A stretch of 63,763 nucleotides of DNA, filler included, from Octopus bimaculoides (taxonomy: Eukaryota), in NCBI RefSeq assembly GCF_001194135.2. It is 7 parts of 7 records of this genome, joined end to end, with 100 filler letters (N's around TTAATTAATTAA, not from the genome) between each part and the next. Parts side by side here need not be neighbours in the genome. Positions count along the whole stretch, not along the records: positions 31,293 to 41,180 come from NC_069001.1; positions 41,281 to 47,367 come from NC_068987.1; positions 47,468 to 50,993 come from NW_026408312.1; 4 more parts are not named here. One strand, written 5' to 3'. The translations under genes were made by a program, and so were the position numbers. The notes beneath the pieces were generated by a model. That model was not told where the DNA came from. It was given only the letters and a program-made list of their open reading frames with translations, and ran no database searches. This document shows positions 38,300-49,762 of this stretch, piece by piece. Position 1 is the first letter of the stretch, and each line of letters opens with the position of its first letter.

Positions 38300-38800
38300 T
38301 ACATGTCCGTCCGTTGGAGTGACGATGATCATCTAATCATCCTAGGATGACTAATCGCTTGCGAGCGAGTTGGCTTTGTTTAAAACGAAGAGTCACGCGC
38401 CATTATCTCACCGTTAATTCTCTCATCTCTGACCATCATCAATCCAGTGACAAGAGCAGATCAATGCGACTGGTGATGGAGACAGATGCATTGGATGACC
38501 AACATGTCCTACTTGCCTCATCTTGTTCCCTGCATCCCACAATGCATTGGTACAGCCGCTTTCCCCACCGTTGAACCATGTAGGTTTATTCCGTAGAGTC
38601 AACCGGATCCAGTCTTCACATGCATTCGTAGATAAGTCCTGATAAGTCAATTAACCTGTAGCTGGAAGCATGACATGTGCTGCTATTCCGGGTCAGAGTA
38701 CACCTGGGAATAATAATGGCGAAGAGGTGATCTCAAACTCCTCAAAACCCTAGAACTCCCAAACCAGGGCCTCACTCCCGGATACAATTTAAAGTTATAT
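38300..38800. mobile_element. Unclassified retroelement-derived fragment(s)
   Basis: GC-richer block starting gtccgtccgttggagtgacgatga and ending with aatggcgaagaggtgatctcaaactcc...gggcctcactcccggatac; no ORF. Confidence 0.3.
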
Positions 38801-38816
38801 CCGAAAGAAATTTTAG

Positions 38817-38975
38817 GGTGGTGAGCTGGCAGAATCGTTAGCATGCTGGGCAAAATGCTTAGAGGTATTTCGTCTGCCGTTATGTTCTGAGTTCAAATTC
38901 CGCCGAGGTCGACTTAGTGCTCTTGTTTTCATTAATATGGGTTTCAAATTTTGCCACAAGGCCAGCAATTTCGAT
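38817..38975 (+). mobile_element. SINE family A 5' part
   Basis: ggtggtgagctggcagaatcgttagc...gttctgagttcaaattccgccgaggtcgactt. Confidence 0.85.
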
Positions 38976-39017
38976 AAAAGATCCTGATAAAAAAAAAATA
39001 GTATCAGGCTTTAAAAA

Positions 39018-39110
39018 ATGAGTACTCGGGTCGATTCGACAAACGATTTTTCAAGAAGGTGTCCCAGCATGACTGTAGTCTGAAACAAGTAAAAGATAGA
39101 AAATAAAAAA
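39018..39110 (+). mobile_element. SINE family B 3' end
   Basis: gggtcgattcgac...ccagcatgactgtagtctgaaacaagtaaaagatag. Confidence 0.7.
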
Positions 39111-40539
39111 TATCTTCCCAAGATTTTTCGGTTGCTACCATCGTGTTTCGTGTTTTCTTGAACAACCTCATTCGTTATAAATCTTCTGTTGACCAAACCT
39201 CTCAAAATTCTTCCATTTATTTTGTTGTTGGCGGTGGTCCATTGACTTCTCTCTTCGCGATAAAATTGTTCTGAGTTGCAGCCGAATTTTTAGTTCTGTT
39301 AAAAGAATCCTTGTCACTTATCGATGGATTTTGTGCAGGGGATTTCTTGTTTCAAGCGTTCTTTCATTTCGGAAACCTCTCTCTTATGTTATGTTTCGGT
39401 AGTATTTTCCCCCTCTTTGTTTTAGTCGTAACCTTTCATTATTAAGTTTTATTTAAAATTTAGGATGTTTACTTATAATGTCTATCTTCTTTCAATATAA
39501 TTGATTTTTCATGTCGTTTGCTTGGATATTGGTATTCCTATATGAGTACGTCTCAAGTAGATCTAAACGAATAACCACATCTATTTGTAGCTGTCAAAGT
39601 TGCAACATATTTAATGTCATTCTGTTGATACTTCATTAACTTAGTGATATTGATGTTCGTATCTGTTTTCACGTCTGGAACAGCAATTCGCGGAGTTGTA
39701 CTTTTATTGTAGTTGCAATTTTATCACTCTGATTTATTTTTAGGAGTTACTTTCGTTTAACCACAGAAAGACTTTCTATTGATTTTTATTTTTCAATTAT
39801 TTTTAGCTTTAGATTATTGTCATATTTCTGATTTCTATTTTTAAAATTTCAGATCTTTAAATTTTTGTCTTAGTCTCTTTTATTCAAATTTTTGTTTAAT
39901 TTACTCCGGTTCACTAAGTGTTTCAAGGTTCGTTTTTGTTGTTTTGCGTTTTACTTAATTCTGAATGCATAAGGTTTATCTTACGGTCACGAGGTTTTAT
40001 GTTTGTTGTTTATTTATTGTACGTTAATTCTATTTTCGTCTATATTTGTCACTTTAAATGTTTCTATTTCGATTGATTTTGATTTTTTTTTTTTAACTTT
40101 AATATCGTAACTCTTTAAATTCGTTTGCTCGTTCGGCTCCAAAGTTAGTTTGAGATCAAAACGATTTCATATACAAATTTTATGCGAGAAGGTTGCTCTC
40201 GTTTCATTATTGTGTGGCAGAACGTGGATTAGAAATGCACAAAGAATATCACGTGTTCTTATCGTTTCCACTCATTCCCTTTTCTACTTTATTTATGAGA
40301 CACGAGAAAAAAATCCTGCCTCTTATTTGCGTTAATACCAGTTTATTTGCTTCTGGCAACGCCGTGTTTTTTATGTTCTATTTTTCGTACATTTTAAAGA
40401 ACAAACTCAAAGAACGTATCCTCTTCTCAGCCTTCAGTTCAGTGAAACGGTTATCCTTTGGATCGTTGATCATTTTGGAGCAGGAAGCGATATGTTTTGC
40501 TAGCCTCTTTGCAGGTGGCATCCGATCAGCGACCATAGA

Positions 40540-40760
40540 GTTTATCTATGTTCTGATCGCATTATAAATTATAATGCGATCAGATACAGATGAACTCTCG
40601 GGCTTTCTGTACGTGCACGCGCTTCTGTGTGTCTCTATTCATTGGAAACGGTGACCAATCAGAAATGACAGCATTTTCGAGAGAGCATTGCGCAATCACT
40701 CCTGTCTCGTCTGCTGAAGTGGGTTGGCGAAGTAAGCTGCGATTTCAGTTTGCAGAAAAA
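40540..40760 (-). promoter_or_regulatory. Putative RNA polymerase II promoter oriented leftwards
   Basis: TATA-like core within a palindrome at 40552-40584; ATTGG 40641-40645 and CCAAT 40655-40659; perfect C/EBP-type palindrome ATTGCGCAAT 40687-40696; local CpG retention; ~1.4 kb repeat-free, minus-strand A-rich leader-like sequence to the left. Confidence 0.55.
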
Positions 40761-40989
40761 AGACGTGTCTCAGCGTTAATTAGACATTTTCATAAGTGCC
40801 TGATGTTACTTACCGTATTTTAGCATGTATAAGGATTCCCCTAATTGTGGGGGGGGGGCTTAAAATTTGGGAAAAAGGTTTTGTAGAGGATTATGATACT
40901 ATCCCTATATAAGAAACTCCCATATTTTTTAAACCTAATTTTTGACAAAAAGGGGTTCCTTATACACGTTAGAATACGGTACATTCTTT

Positions 40990-41160
40990 TATTATTTTAT
41001 TCTTTTACTTGTTTTAGGCATTTTGACTGCGGCCATGCTGGAGCACCGCCTTTAGTCGAGCAAGTCGACTCCAGGACTTATTCTTTGTAAGCCTAGTACT
41101 TATTCTATTGGTCTCTTTTGCCGAACCGCTAAGTGCCACGGAGTGGGACTGAACACGGAA
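40990..41160 (-). mobile_element. SINE family B 3' module
   Basis: ttttacttgttttaggcattttgactgcggccatgctggagcaccgcctttagtcgagc...gccgaaccgctaag. Confidence 0.85.
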
Positions 41161-41280
41161 CCGCACAGACATGCTGAAACNNNNNNNNNNNNNNNNNNNN
41201 NNNNNNNNNNNNNNNNNNNNNNNNTTAATTAATTAANNNNNNNNNNNNNNNNNNNNNNNNNNNNNNNNNNNNNNNNNNNN

Positions 41281-41439
41281 AAAGTTGTGGTGGAAGAGTA
41301 CAGCAGGGTTCTCCACCACCCCCTGCCGGAGCCTCGTGGAGCTTTTAGGTGTTTTCGTTCAATAAACACTCACAACGCCCGGTCTGGGAATCGAAACCGC
41401 GAGTCCGCTGCCCTAACCACTGGGCCATTGCACCTCCAC
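41281..41439 (-). mobile_element. SINE family C 5' end (tRNA-derived head)
   Basis: Minus: GTGGAGGTGCAATGGCCCAGTGGTTAGGGCAGCGGACTCGCGGTTTCGATTCCCAGACCGGGCG with A and B boxes. Confidence 0.85.
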
Positions 41440-43029
41440 CTAATTGATATAAAAAAAAGTAAATTATAGAAACAATGCTAACGTTCTTTTTAATATTTAA
41501 AATTTGTTTCCCCCCTTCATCATGGACTTGTTTCGATGTAAGTCATTTTTTTTTTTACTATTGTTGTTAAAGTGTGTCAAAGAGATTTGTTCGGACAGGA
41601 CTGACTGCACTGAACAAGGTTAGCCTTGTTCGAGCGACTTATGATCAAAAGCATTCTGGCCGTGACTACCTTGTATAATATACCAAAAACTATGTTATCC
41701 ATTTTATTGTTCCTTTTTTGAAGACAGAAGTTTGAGGGGGACTTAGTTTCTATTTTAACAGGTTGAAAAACCACCTAGATCCCCGTTAGCATTTGGTTTG
41801 ACTTTCTTTTATCGTTTTAAAGAGTGGTACAGGCAGATGGGGCAGGGGTTCATGTTAATTGCACGTTGAAGTTATTTCACTTCAATATCACCGCTGATGA
41901 CTTTGAGCAAAAATATAAATGTTATATTCCAGAATCTTGTTTTTCTTTCTATATCTGGGACATTGTGTCTCATCAGACGAGATCATTATTGTTATAATGA
42001 GAGATATAAATGTATGATCATAAACAAATAAAAACGTCTGATACTACTGGATAGAGAGCGCGAAATGAGGTTATCGCAACTTTTATCTTTTGTATATGTA
42101 TAAACTATAAAGCGCTTCTATTACAGTCAGATGGTAATAATTATTTAGAGGAGACGAAGTATTCATGACGTTTGTTATCATTATAATGTGTCACGTCTAT
42201 GGAAGAACAGACTCACTCTTGAACTTATGGTTTTTCGTAAATGTCTCATACAGCATAGTTGCACTAAACAGAAGAAAAATTAAACTTTTTCTTTTATTGA
42301 AGATAAAACCACTCGACTTTAACTCATTTTGGATCGCTAATTACAGAACTGCACCTTTTTCAAGACTAGCTAAAGTTTTGAGTTAGAGGGGTTATTCCAA
42401 TTTTAATTTTACAATAGGGATATGACACAAAGCATTGATTGAATACTACAAATACTGCATCACCTCAAGAAAATATATTAGGATACAGTAAATGAAAATT
42501 ATTGCATTATCTCTATAATCAAAATATTATGGAGCAAGTCTTCATGAGAGTTATCGAATCTTTCTTCATTGAATCGAAACGTAATTAGCCATCTATTTTA
42601 TTGTTGTGTCGTGTTTTTTCTCATCAAATGTTACTTAATTTATCATTTTAAAATGTCTCATAATTGTATAAATAATTCGCACAATTTTTGTTACATAGAT
42701 GGACAATTCATCTCTTCATCGCAAAACTGTAAAGTTACTTCAACAATAAAGAAAGCTTCTGTGTATTTTGCTTGCAAAATAGACAATCAATATGAGAGAT
42801 GGGTCCATTCACATTGGTTGCTACTCAGTGTGTCTAAAAAGTAGATGAAATATATATATGTGCGCATATATTTAACGTGTTCGTATACACTCAGAAATGG
42901 AAAGATCTTCACTGTGCTAAAGCGCTTAATGTCTCGTAGGGCAAATTCTCTCTATAGACAATGTGCGTGAACACATCAAGCTGGTGTATAAAAAAATAAA
43001 GACAGCAGCAGCAGCAGCAACAACAACAA

Positions 43030-43575
43030 CAACGCCCTGATGCAGTACCAGGCAGTGGCTTTCATGGCTTCTGATCTTAACTGATTGGAAGCGTTATCAT
43101 ATACATGTTTCGTCATGGCGCAAAAGATTAGCTACAGCGAATATTCTGCAAAATATCGCAAATTTGCAGGTCAGTTTCTTGGCCTTAATCAGTTGAGCAT
43201 ATCTCTTATTGGCTGATGATATGTGCATCTCTGATCACGAACAGGAGTAGTGGGGAAGCATTGTAATCGTGTGTTGAGAGAGATTCTTTGGGGTTTGAAT
43301 AATTCATCATCTTTAAACAAACCTTATTCAGGGACCTTTTGCAGCAAGATGGGCTACTCGACCTGAAGAAAATTCTAACTCAGCTCCACCTACAAAGCCA
43401 TACGCTGTTTCTTTTTTTATGAGATCACCATATCGTGCACCTATGGTTGTGGTGCATATATTTGGTGTACCCTTATCCATCTGTTTATCATACCTAATAG
43501 GTATATTTGGCTTCGTATATTTTGTACCTCAACGTTACTGTGATGACAGGTACTGCTCTCTCATTCAATGATATT
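43030..43575 (+). mobile_element. Dispersed ~550-bp repeat (probable LINE 3' UTR, R4/Dong-associated), diverged copy
   Basis: Colinear with 62852-63365 (gatatgtgcatctctgatca, gggctactcgacctgaagaaaattctaact); starts after a (CAA)n run. Confidence 0.7.
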
Positions 43576-43785
43576 AAGGGTTTCAAATTTTGGCACATGG
43601 CTTGCAGCTTTTTTTCAGAGGAGCGGAAGTCAACTACATCGGCCTTAATGATCAGCTGGTACATATTTTATCGGTCTTGGAAGGTTGAAAGACGGAATTT
43701 GAATTCAGAATGTAGAGAGCCGGAAGAATTGGTGCTAAGCATCTTGTCCAAGGTGCTAACGCCTTAGCTGCCTTACCGCCTCAAT
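43575..43785 (-). mobile_element. SINE family A, degraded
   Basis: gaaaggttgaaagacggaatttgaattcagaatg...gtgctaacgccttagctgccttaccgcc. Confidence 0.6.
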
Positions 43786-45339
43786 AATGATAACAACAAC
43801 AACAACAATAAAAATAATAACAGCAACTACTACTACTACTACTACTGCTATGAAGTATTGAAAAGAAAATAGGAAGGAAGAAAGAAGGAAACTTTTCTCA
43901 GTAACGTTACAAGTGCGACACATATGACTGAGAAGTTAAGTTAAAAGTTTTAGTTACTGTAGACGCATCAATTTCATTGCCGCTTGCTCGAAAGGCAGCG
44001 ATAGTAGTCACCGAAGTGAGGGTCGGTATGATGGGGACGATACCGTTAGCAATTCCTTGTAAGATACTGATTCGCTTTAATGTTTTCTTTTCTGCTCTCC
44101 GTAGTACTGCAATAGAGAATATATGATTTTTGTTACAATGCTAGGCCTTTACTATGAAATAAATCTTTATATTTAGTAGAGAACAAAGCAAACCAAAGAA
44201 TAACAACGAAACTAGAATTCAGAATACTACTATTGGCCAGAAGAGCTAAAAGGAAATAAAATAAAAGTAGATATTAATATTGGGGGGATCTTTTTCGTTT
44301 GGCTGTCAGCATCAATTTCTGTTCAAATTGATTTCATATTCAGTGTAATTATACACTTTTATAGGTTAATGAATGCCATGAAAATCATTTTCGCTATAAA
44401 ATCAATAAATAAAGAGTTATTAGCTATTAAAGTTTGAAAGTTTGAGTAGTTTTAACCAATCGTAAGGCACAGATACATTCATGCCTATTTCTATAGTAAC
44501 AAGCAGAACATGAGAACTTTTTTGTCTGCGAGAAAGTACGTGTTGACAAATATATTGAAACAACTTGCTGATACTGTGTTCTATTGTTTTATCCATCTGA
44601 AAATTTTACCAATGAACTGGTCAACAACTTTTTTGGTTTTTAAAAATATTTAATTTGTAATGTGCTATTTTGTTTTTAGATAAATCTTTTAAGTTCGTGC
44701 TCTAAGTCTCTTATTCTGAGAAATATTTAATTTGTAATGTGCTGTTTATCGCATTAAATGCATATTGAACGCTTAAAACTACAAAAGATCTGTTGTTTAC
44801 TGGTTTCTTTTTGTCATTTAAGTGTGCTAAAAATAACAGCTAAACGTGTCTAGAATATAAATATTGACAACACGTGCTATTTTCAGGATGTTGATAAAAT
44901 GTGAAGCCACGCACAAAATGAGAGCTTTCACATTCTGTTTTCTGACTGGGTGAAAATAATCAAAATTTAAACCTCAATAACTTAAAAGAAAGAAATTTCT
45001 GGAAAAAATTAAATAACTCCAGCAATTCAGCTTGGGAAACTACATTAATGTGCCAAATTTTAAAATGCTGGCAGTCAAGCGGAAAAGATCCAGATTCGGA
45101 AAATAAAATATGTCCGGTGCACTTTTCAGTTTCTTAATTTTGATTAGTCAGTGTTGAGTGTTTTATCTTTCATGTCTTTTCAGTGCATATCTGGGTGCCC
45201 AATGTTTTTGTTGGATTTTCCTGTATCTGTAGCGAATCTTGAAAAAATGTCAGGTCCGATAAAGCTGTCATAAGGAAAATTTACTAGAAAAAAGTAGAGA
45301 AAGGATATACAAAAGCAGTATGTCCGGTTGGTTCACCGT

Positions 45340-45548
45340 CATCAAGTCACTGTAGGGAAAGTTCACCATTATCAATTCCTCGTTTGCTTTTCTTTTTGTC
45401 AATAAAATAGTTTTTAACTATTAATGGTGAGATGCTATGGATATTTTCTCGGTAAACTTTCCCCACGGTGAACTTTTTTTTGCGGTAAATTGACGGCGGT
45501 AAACTCTCTTGAAGTAAACTGATGACGGTGAACTTAACTGTAATCCAA
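45340..45548. mobile_element. Possible DNA transposon terminus with subterminal 9-mer repeats
   Basis: Six copies of cggt(g/a)aa(c/t)t in 45448-45535, one inverted copy (aagttcacc) near 45359, ending actgtaatcc. Confidence 0.35.
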
Positions 45549-46935
45549 AAATAGACACCGAAAAATGTCAAACAGAAAATAGTCACAAAAAACCTTCGAT
45601 AAGTGACTGATTTAATATGCATTTTATCATTTTATTTAAGGTAAAAATAAAATTTGTTTTGTTTATCACTACATGCAATATCGTTTTATAAATTATATTT
45701 CTATTGTCAGCTAATAAACAAAGTATTTGTTTCATTTGTTGTGTATAACAGTATTAGATTAAAATATCCATCTGTTTATCATACATAATGTAAAGAACAT
45801 CGCGAAAAGCTAATTTATTACGGTATTCGTTTGGAGATAATATTTAAGATGTACATGCTGTGTTACAAAACACGATACATATATCGGAGGTAGACGAAAA
45901 TCATCCGAGCAGCAGCTGCTGCGATGGATGCATTTCCACCTCCCTGGACGTTGTCAGTAGCATGTACTCAAAACCAGCTGCATGCTAAAATGAAATACAT
46001 TGTCCCCGATATAGGAAAACAGTGAACGAACAGTCATTGATGTAGCGAATAGCCGTCCAACTGAATAAAAACCCGTTATACACAACGGAAAGAGAATTAG
46101 AATAAAGTAACTATCTGTGTCTTCGCATGCAGTTAGTTGTAAGTAGATGATACTGACAGCACCCAAAGAGACGAAAGTGTGCTTCTAGCATTCTCACCAG
46201 CTGCTGCTAGGACGATTTTCTTCTGACTCCGACAGAGATTGCATTTTTAAATACAGCACGTCCATAAAAGATAACGCTTCGTGATGAGTACTGCAGTAAG
46301 TTTGCTTTACGACATGTATTTACATTACAAATATCATTTGTGATGTTCACGTGTTTCTTTAGCGAATCAATGCACAAAAGTTTCGGAACTAAACTGCAAC
46401 AAGGAAAGAAACCTGATTACTGGTTCTGCAATAAAATGGACTTGAGTAAGAGAATGCGACATTAGATAAAAATAATAATGTTAGTTATAAATAGCGTTAG
46501 GTTGTGAGGAGAAGCCGACTGCTTACCTGTTACGACAGAAGAGAAAGCTGATTCCCAACTGTACATCTTGATTAATTTGATACTGTTGATGATTTCGTTC
46601 ATTTTCCGAACCTGATATAAAAAAAATATGACAGAGAATCTTCAGTAGAAAATTTTCCTAATGGAAGCAAGTAAGAAGAAAAACATTGGAACATAATATA
46701 TCTTTATTACTGAAGTGGAAGGTAAAATTGCTTCCCTGAAAGATACTTGCAGAAATTATAATTTAAATGAAGATTCATTTTGTAAAAAAAAAAAAATCGA
46801 CACCATCTTTTATAGACAGATCCGAAAAAAGTCTGAGTTTCCCAGCAACGGAATTTTGATTCGTGTTTTTTTTTTCTTTTTCAGGTTATTTCGCAAGCTT
46901 TCAACGAATGTGACATAGCAATCCATAATCCATAA

Positions 46936-46972
<37 letters not shown>

Positions 46973-47117
46973 ACCTGTCTGTCTGTGTGTGTGTCTATCT
47001 ATATATGTATATTAGCGGTCAGAATTTAAGTATATTTACAAACGAAGTGCAATATACATAAATGTGGAAGGAATTGCCCTCGCTCACAGGAATCTACCCA
47101 CTTAGTAGTCAAGCAGC

Positions 47118-47367
47118 ATACGGAACAGCCTGCTCGTGAAATTAACGTGCAAGTGGCTGAGCACTCCACAGACACGTGTACCCTTAACGTAGTTCTCGGA
47201 GATTTTCAGCGTGACACAATGTGACAAGGCTGACCCTTTGAATTACAGGCACAACAGAAACAGGAAGTAAGAGTGAGAGAAAGTTGTGGTAAAAGAGTAC
47301 AGCAGGGTTCGCCACCATCCCCTGCCGGAGCCTCGTGGAGTTTTTAGCTGTTTTCGCTCAATAAACA
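47118..47367 (-). mobile_element. SINE family C, central and 3' part
   Basis: ggaacagcctgctcgtgaaattaacgtgcaagtggctgagcactccacagacacg...cccctgccggagcctcgtggag overlaps the 41281 copy. Confidence 0.85.
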
Positions 47368-47969
47368 NNNNNNNNNNNNNNNNNNNNNNNNNNNNNNNNN
47401 NNNNNNNNNNNTTAATTAATTAANNNNNNNNNNNNNNNNNNNNNNNNNNNNNNNNNNNNNNNNNNNNCACACATACACCCTACAAATACCTACATATATA
47501 CATGCACGCGCGCGTGTGGTGTGTGTGTGTGTGTATACACACATATATACATACGTACACACACACACACACGCGCGCGGAGTCTGGCTTTAAGAATCCC
47601 GGGTACCTGCCTTTGTGTGTGTGTTTCCATCGAATTTTATTTGATCTGACATTGATGAGAGAGGAACATTGTCGTAATATATACTGTACTGTCCCTTATA
47701 TGTACATTATATATATGTATATATATGTACATATATATATGTACATATATATATATGTATATATATATGTATATATATATATGTATATATATATGTACAT
47801 ATATATATATGTATATATATATGTACAAAAACCTACACGACTATGTGAAGAGCGCTTCATTTAATATGTGACATTAATAAAAATCTGTAAATGTACAAAC
47901 ATCCAGGTTTCTGAGTACCTTAATTAATTTTTTTCTATATAATTTCTGTATATCACCTCCAAACCTTCA

Positions 47970-48180
47970 AGCGGTTCGGCAGTAGAGACCGATAGAATAA
48001 GTACCAGGCTTCTAAAGAATAAGTCCTGGGGTCGATTTGCTCGACTAAAGGCGGTGCTCCAGCATGGCCACAGTCAAACAGACTGAAACAAGTAAAAGAG
48101 TAAAAGAGTAAAAGAGTATATATATATGTATATATATATATGTGTGTGGTTTGTTAACGTCCCCGTAACTTAGCGGTTAG
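47970..48180 (+). mobile_element. SINE family B 3' module with (AAAAGAGT)n tail plus a second small fragment
   Basis: gcggttcggcagtagagaccgatagaataagtacc...ctgaaacaagtaaaagagtaaaagagtaaaagag. Confidence 0.85.
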
Positions 48181-49004
48181 TTAGAATGTTTCTGCTATTT
48201 AACCTCAGGAAAACATGTTTACCTGCGGTTAAAACAAAGATTGTTCCAGGTGCTAATNNNNNNNNNNNNNNNNNNNNNNNNNNNNNNNNNNNNNNNNNNN
48301 NNNNNNNNNNNNNNNNNNNNNNNNNNNNNNNNNNNNNNNNNNNNNNNNNNNNNNNNNNNNNNNNNNNNNNNNNNNNNNNNNNNNNNNNNNNNNNNNNNNN
48401 NNNNNNNNNNNNNNNNNNNNNNNNNNNNNNNNNNNNNNNNNNNNNNNNNNNNNNNNNNNNNNNNNNNNNNNNNNNNNNNNNNNNNNNNNNNNNNNNNNNN
48501 NNNNNNNNNNNNNNNNNNNNNNNNNNNNNNNNNNNNNNNNNNNNNNNNNNNNNNNNNNNNNNNNNNNNNNNNNNNNNNNNNNNNNNNNNNNNNNNNNNNN
48601 NNNNNNNNNNNNNNNNNNNNNNNNNNNNNNNNNNNNNNNNNNNNNNNNNNNNNNNNNNNNNNNNNNNNNNNNNNNNNNNNNNNNNNNNNNNNNNNNTGGG
48701 CATTCCCACGGAAATTCGTCTGATGAGTAAATCCGGGTTCGATTCGCCGGATTATGAATATTTTTGGTAGGGCAAATCCAAAGCAATTTCAAAGAATACG
48801 GAGAATGGTTCATCTTCAAATTTTTTCTTTTAATTCAACTGCATAATTAGTTAGTAATTTTAATTAACTAATTATGCTATGTGACTAAGTGCTAAATTTA
48901 AAAAAAAACAAAAAAAAACGAGTAGATATACCGGTTTCCGTATTCCATGTATTTCAGGCTGTGGTGAAAAAAAAAAAAAAATCCCCTGGCTTTAAGGGTA
49001 CCGC

Positions 49005-49182
49005 AACAGGCCTACTTCGAGGCCCAACCTTCTGAGCTTTTTTACAGGGCTTAGAAAAACTAAAGGACCTCCGCAACAAGTGTGTAAAGGTGACAGGGGA
49101 ATATGTTGAATAAAATCTATGTTAACTGATCTTCCTGTCTTTTCTTTTACCAAAAGTCAGGAAGTTTTCAGTAACTTATCGT
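49005..49182 (+). mobile_element. Mariner 3' end with right TIR
   Basis: YFEAQPSE...GLEKLKDLRNKCVKVTGEYVE*, followed by gtcaggaagttttcagtaacttatcg. Confidence 0.7.
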
Positions 49183-49227
49183 GTGTGTGTATATAGTATA
49201 ACTAATGCAGGTGGCCCACCCTTCTGC

Positions 49228-49274
<47 letters not shown>

Positions 49275-49388
49275 CGTGTGAGTGTGTATGTATGTATGTA
49301 TGTATGTATGTATGTCCTGTTATCTCCTCACAAGTTTTGGTCATTGGACTGTGGTCATAATGGAGCACAATCTTGACTGGGTATATAC

Positions 49389-49433
<45 letters not shown>

Positions 49434-49654
49434 TATATATATACACACACATACATACACACACATACACATATATACACATACACACATCTATACACAC
49501 ACACACACATTATATATATATGTGAATAAAATCAAAATAAGCAACAAGGATATCCTGTTGCTTATTTTTGATTTGAGTCACCTTATTTTGGAATTGTATG
49601 GATAGCTGTTGCTGTTGTTGTTGGCACTCCGTCGCTTACGACGACGACGAGGGT

Positions 49655-49762
49655 TTCCAGTTGATCCGATCAACGGAAACAACCTGCTCGTGAAATTAAC
49701 AAACGTGCAAGTGGCTGAGAACTCCACAGACACGTGTACCCTTAACGTAGTTCTCGGGGGGG
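49655..49762 (-). mobile_element. SINE family C 3' part
   Basis: gttgatccgatcaacggaaacaacctgctcgtgaaattaac...cccttaacgtagttctcgggg. Confidence 0.85.

Noticed and set aside
40193-40823. Plus-strand ORFs of 124 aa and 77 aa over the promoter/leader region
   Set aside because: Non-ATG or weak starts, hydrophobic composition explained by T-richness, and no recognisable motif; the strand asymmetry points to minus-strand transcription.
41370-41439. tRNA-like sequence with A and B boxes
   Set aside because: No complete cloverleaf, and it continues into a multi-copy SINE body; it is a SINE head, not a tRNA gene.
44462-44485. taaggcac resembling the miR-124 5' end
   Set aside because: Only the seed matches; the remainder differs from miR-124 and there is no hairpin.
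46200-46292. Plus-strand GCA|gtaagt donor at ~46286 with upstream acceptors
   Set aside because: Every frame from the candidate acceptors contains a stop.
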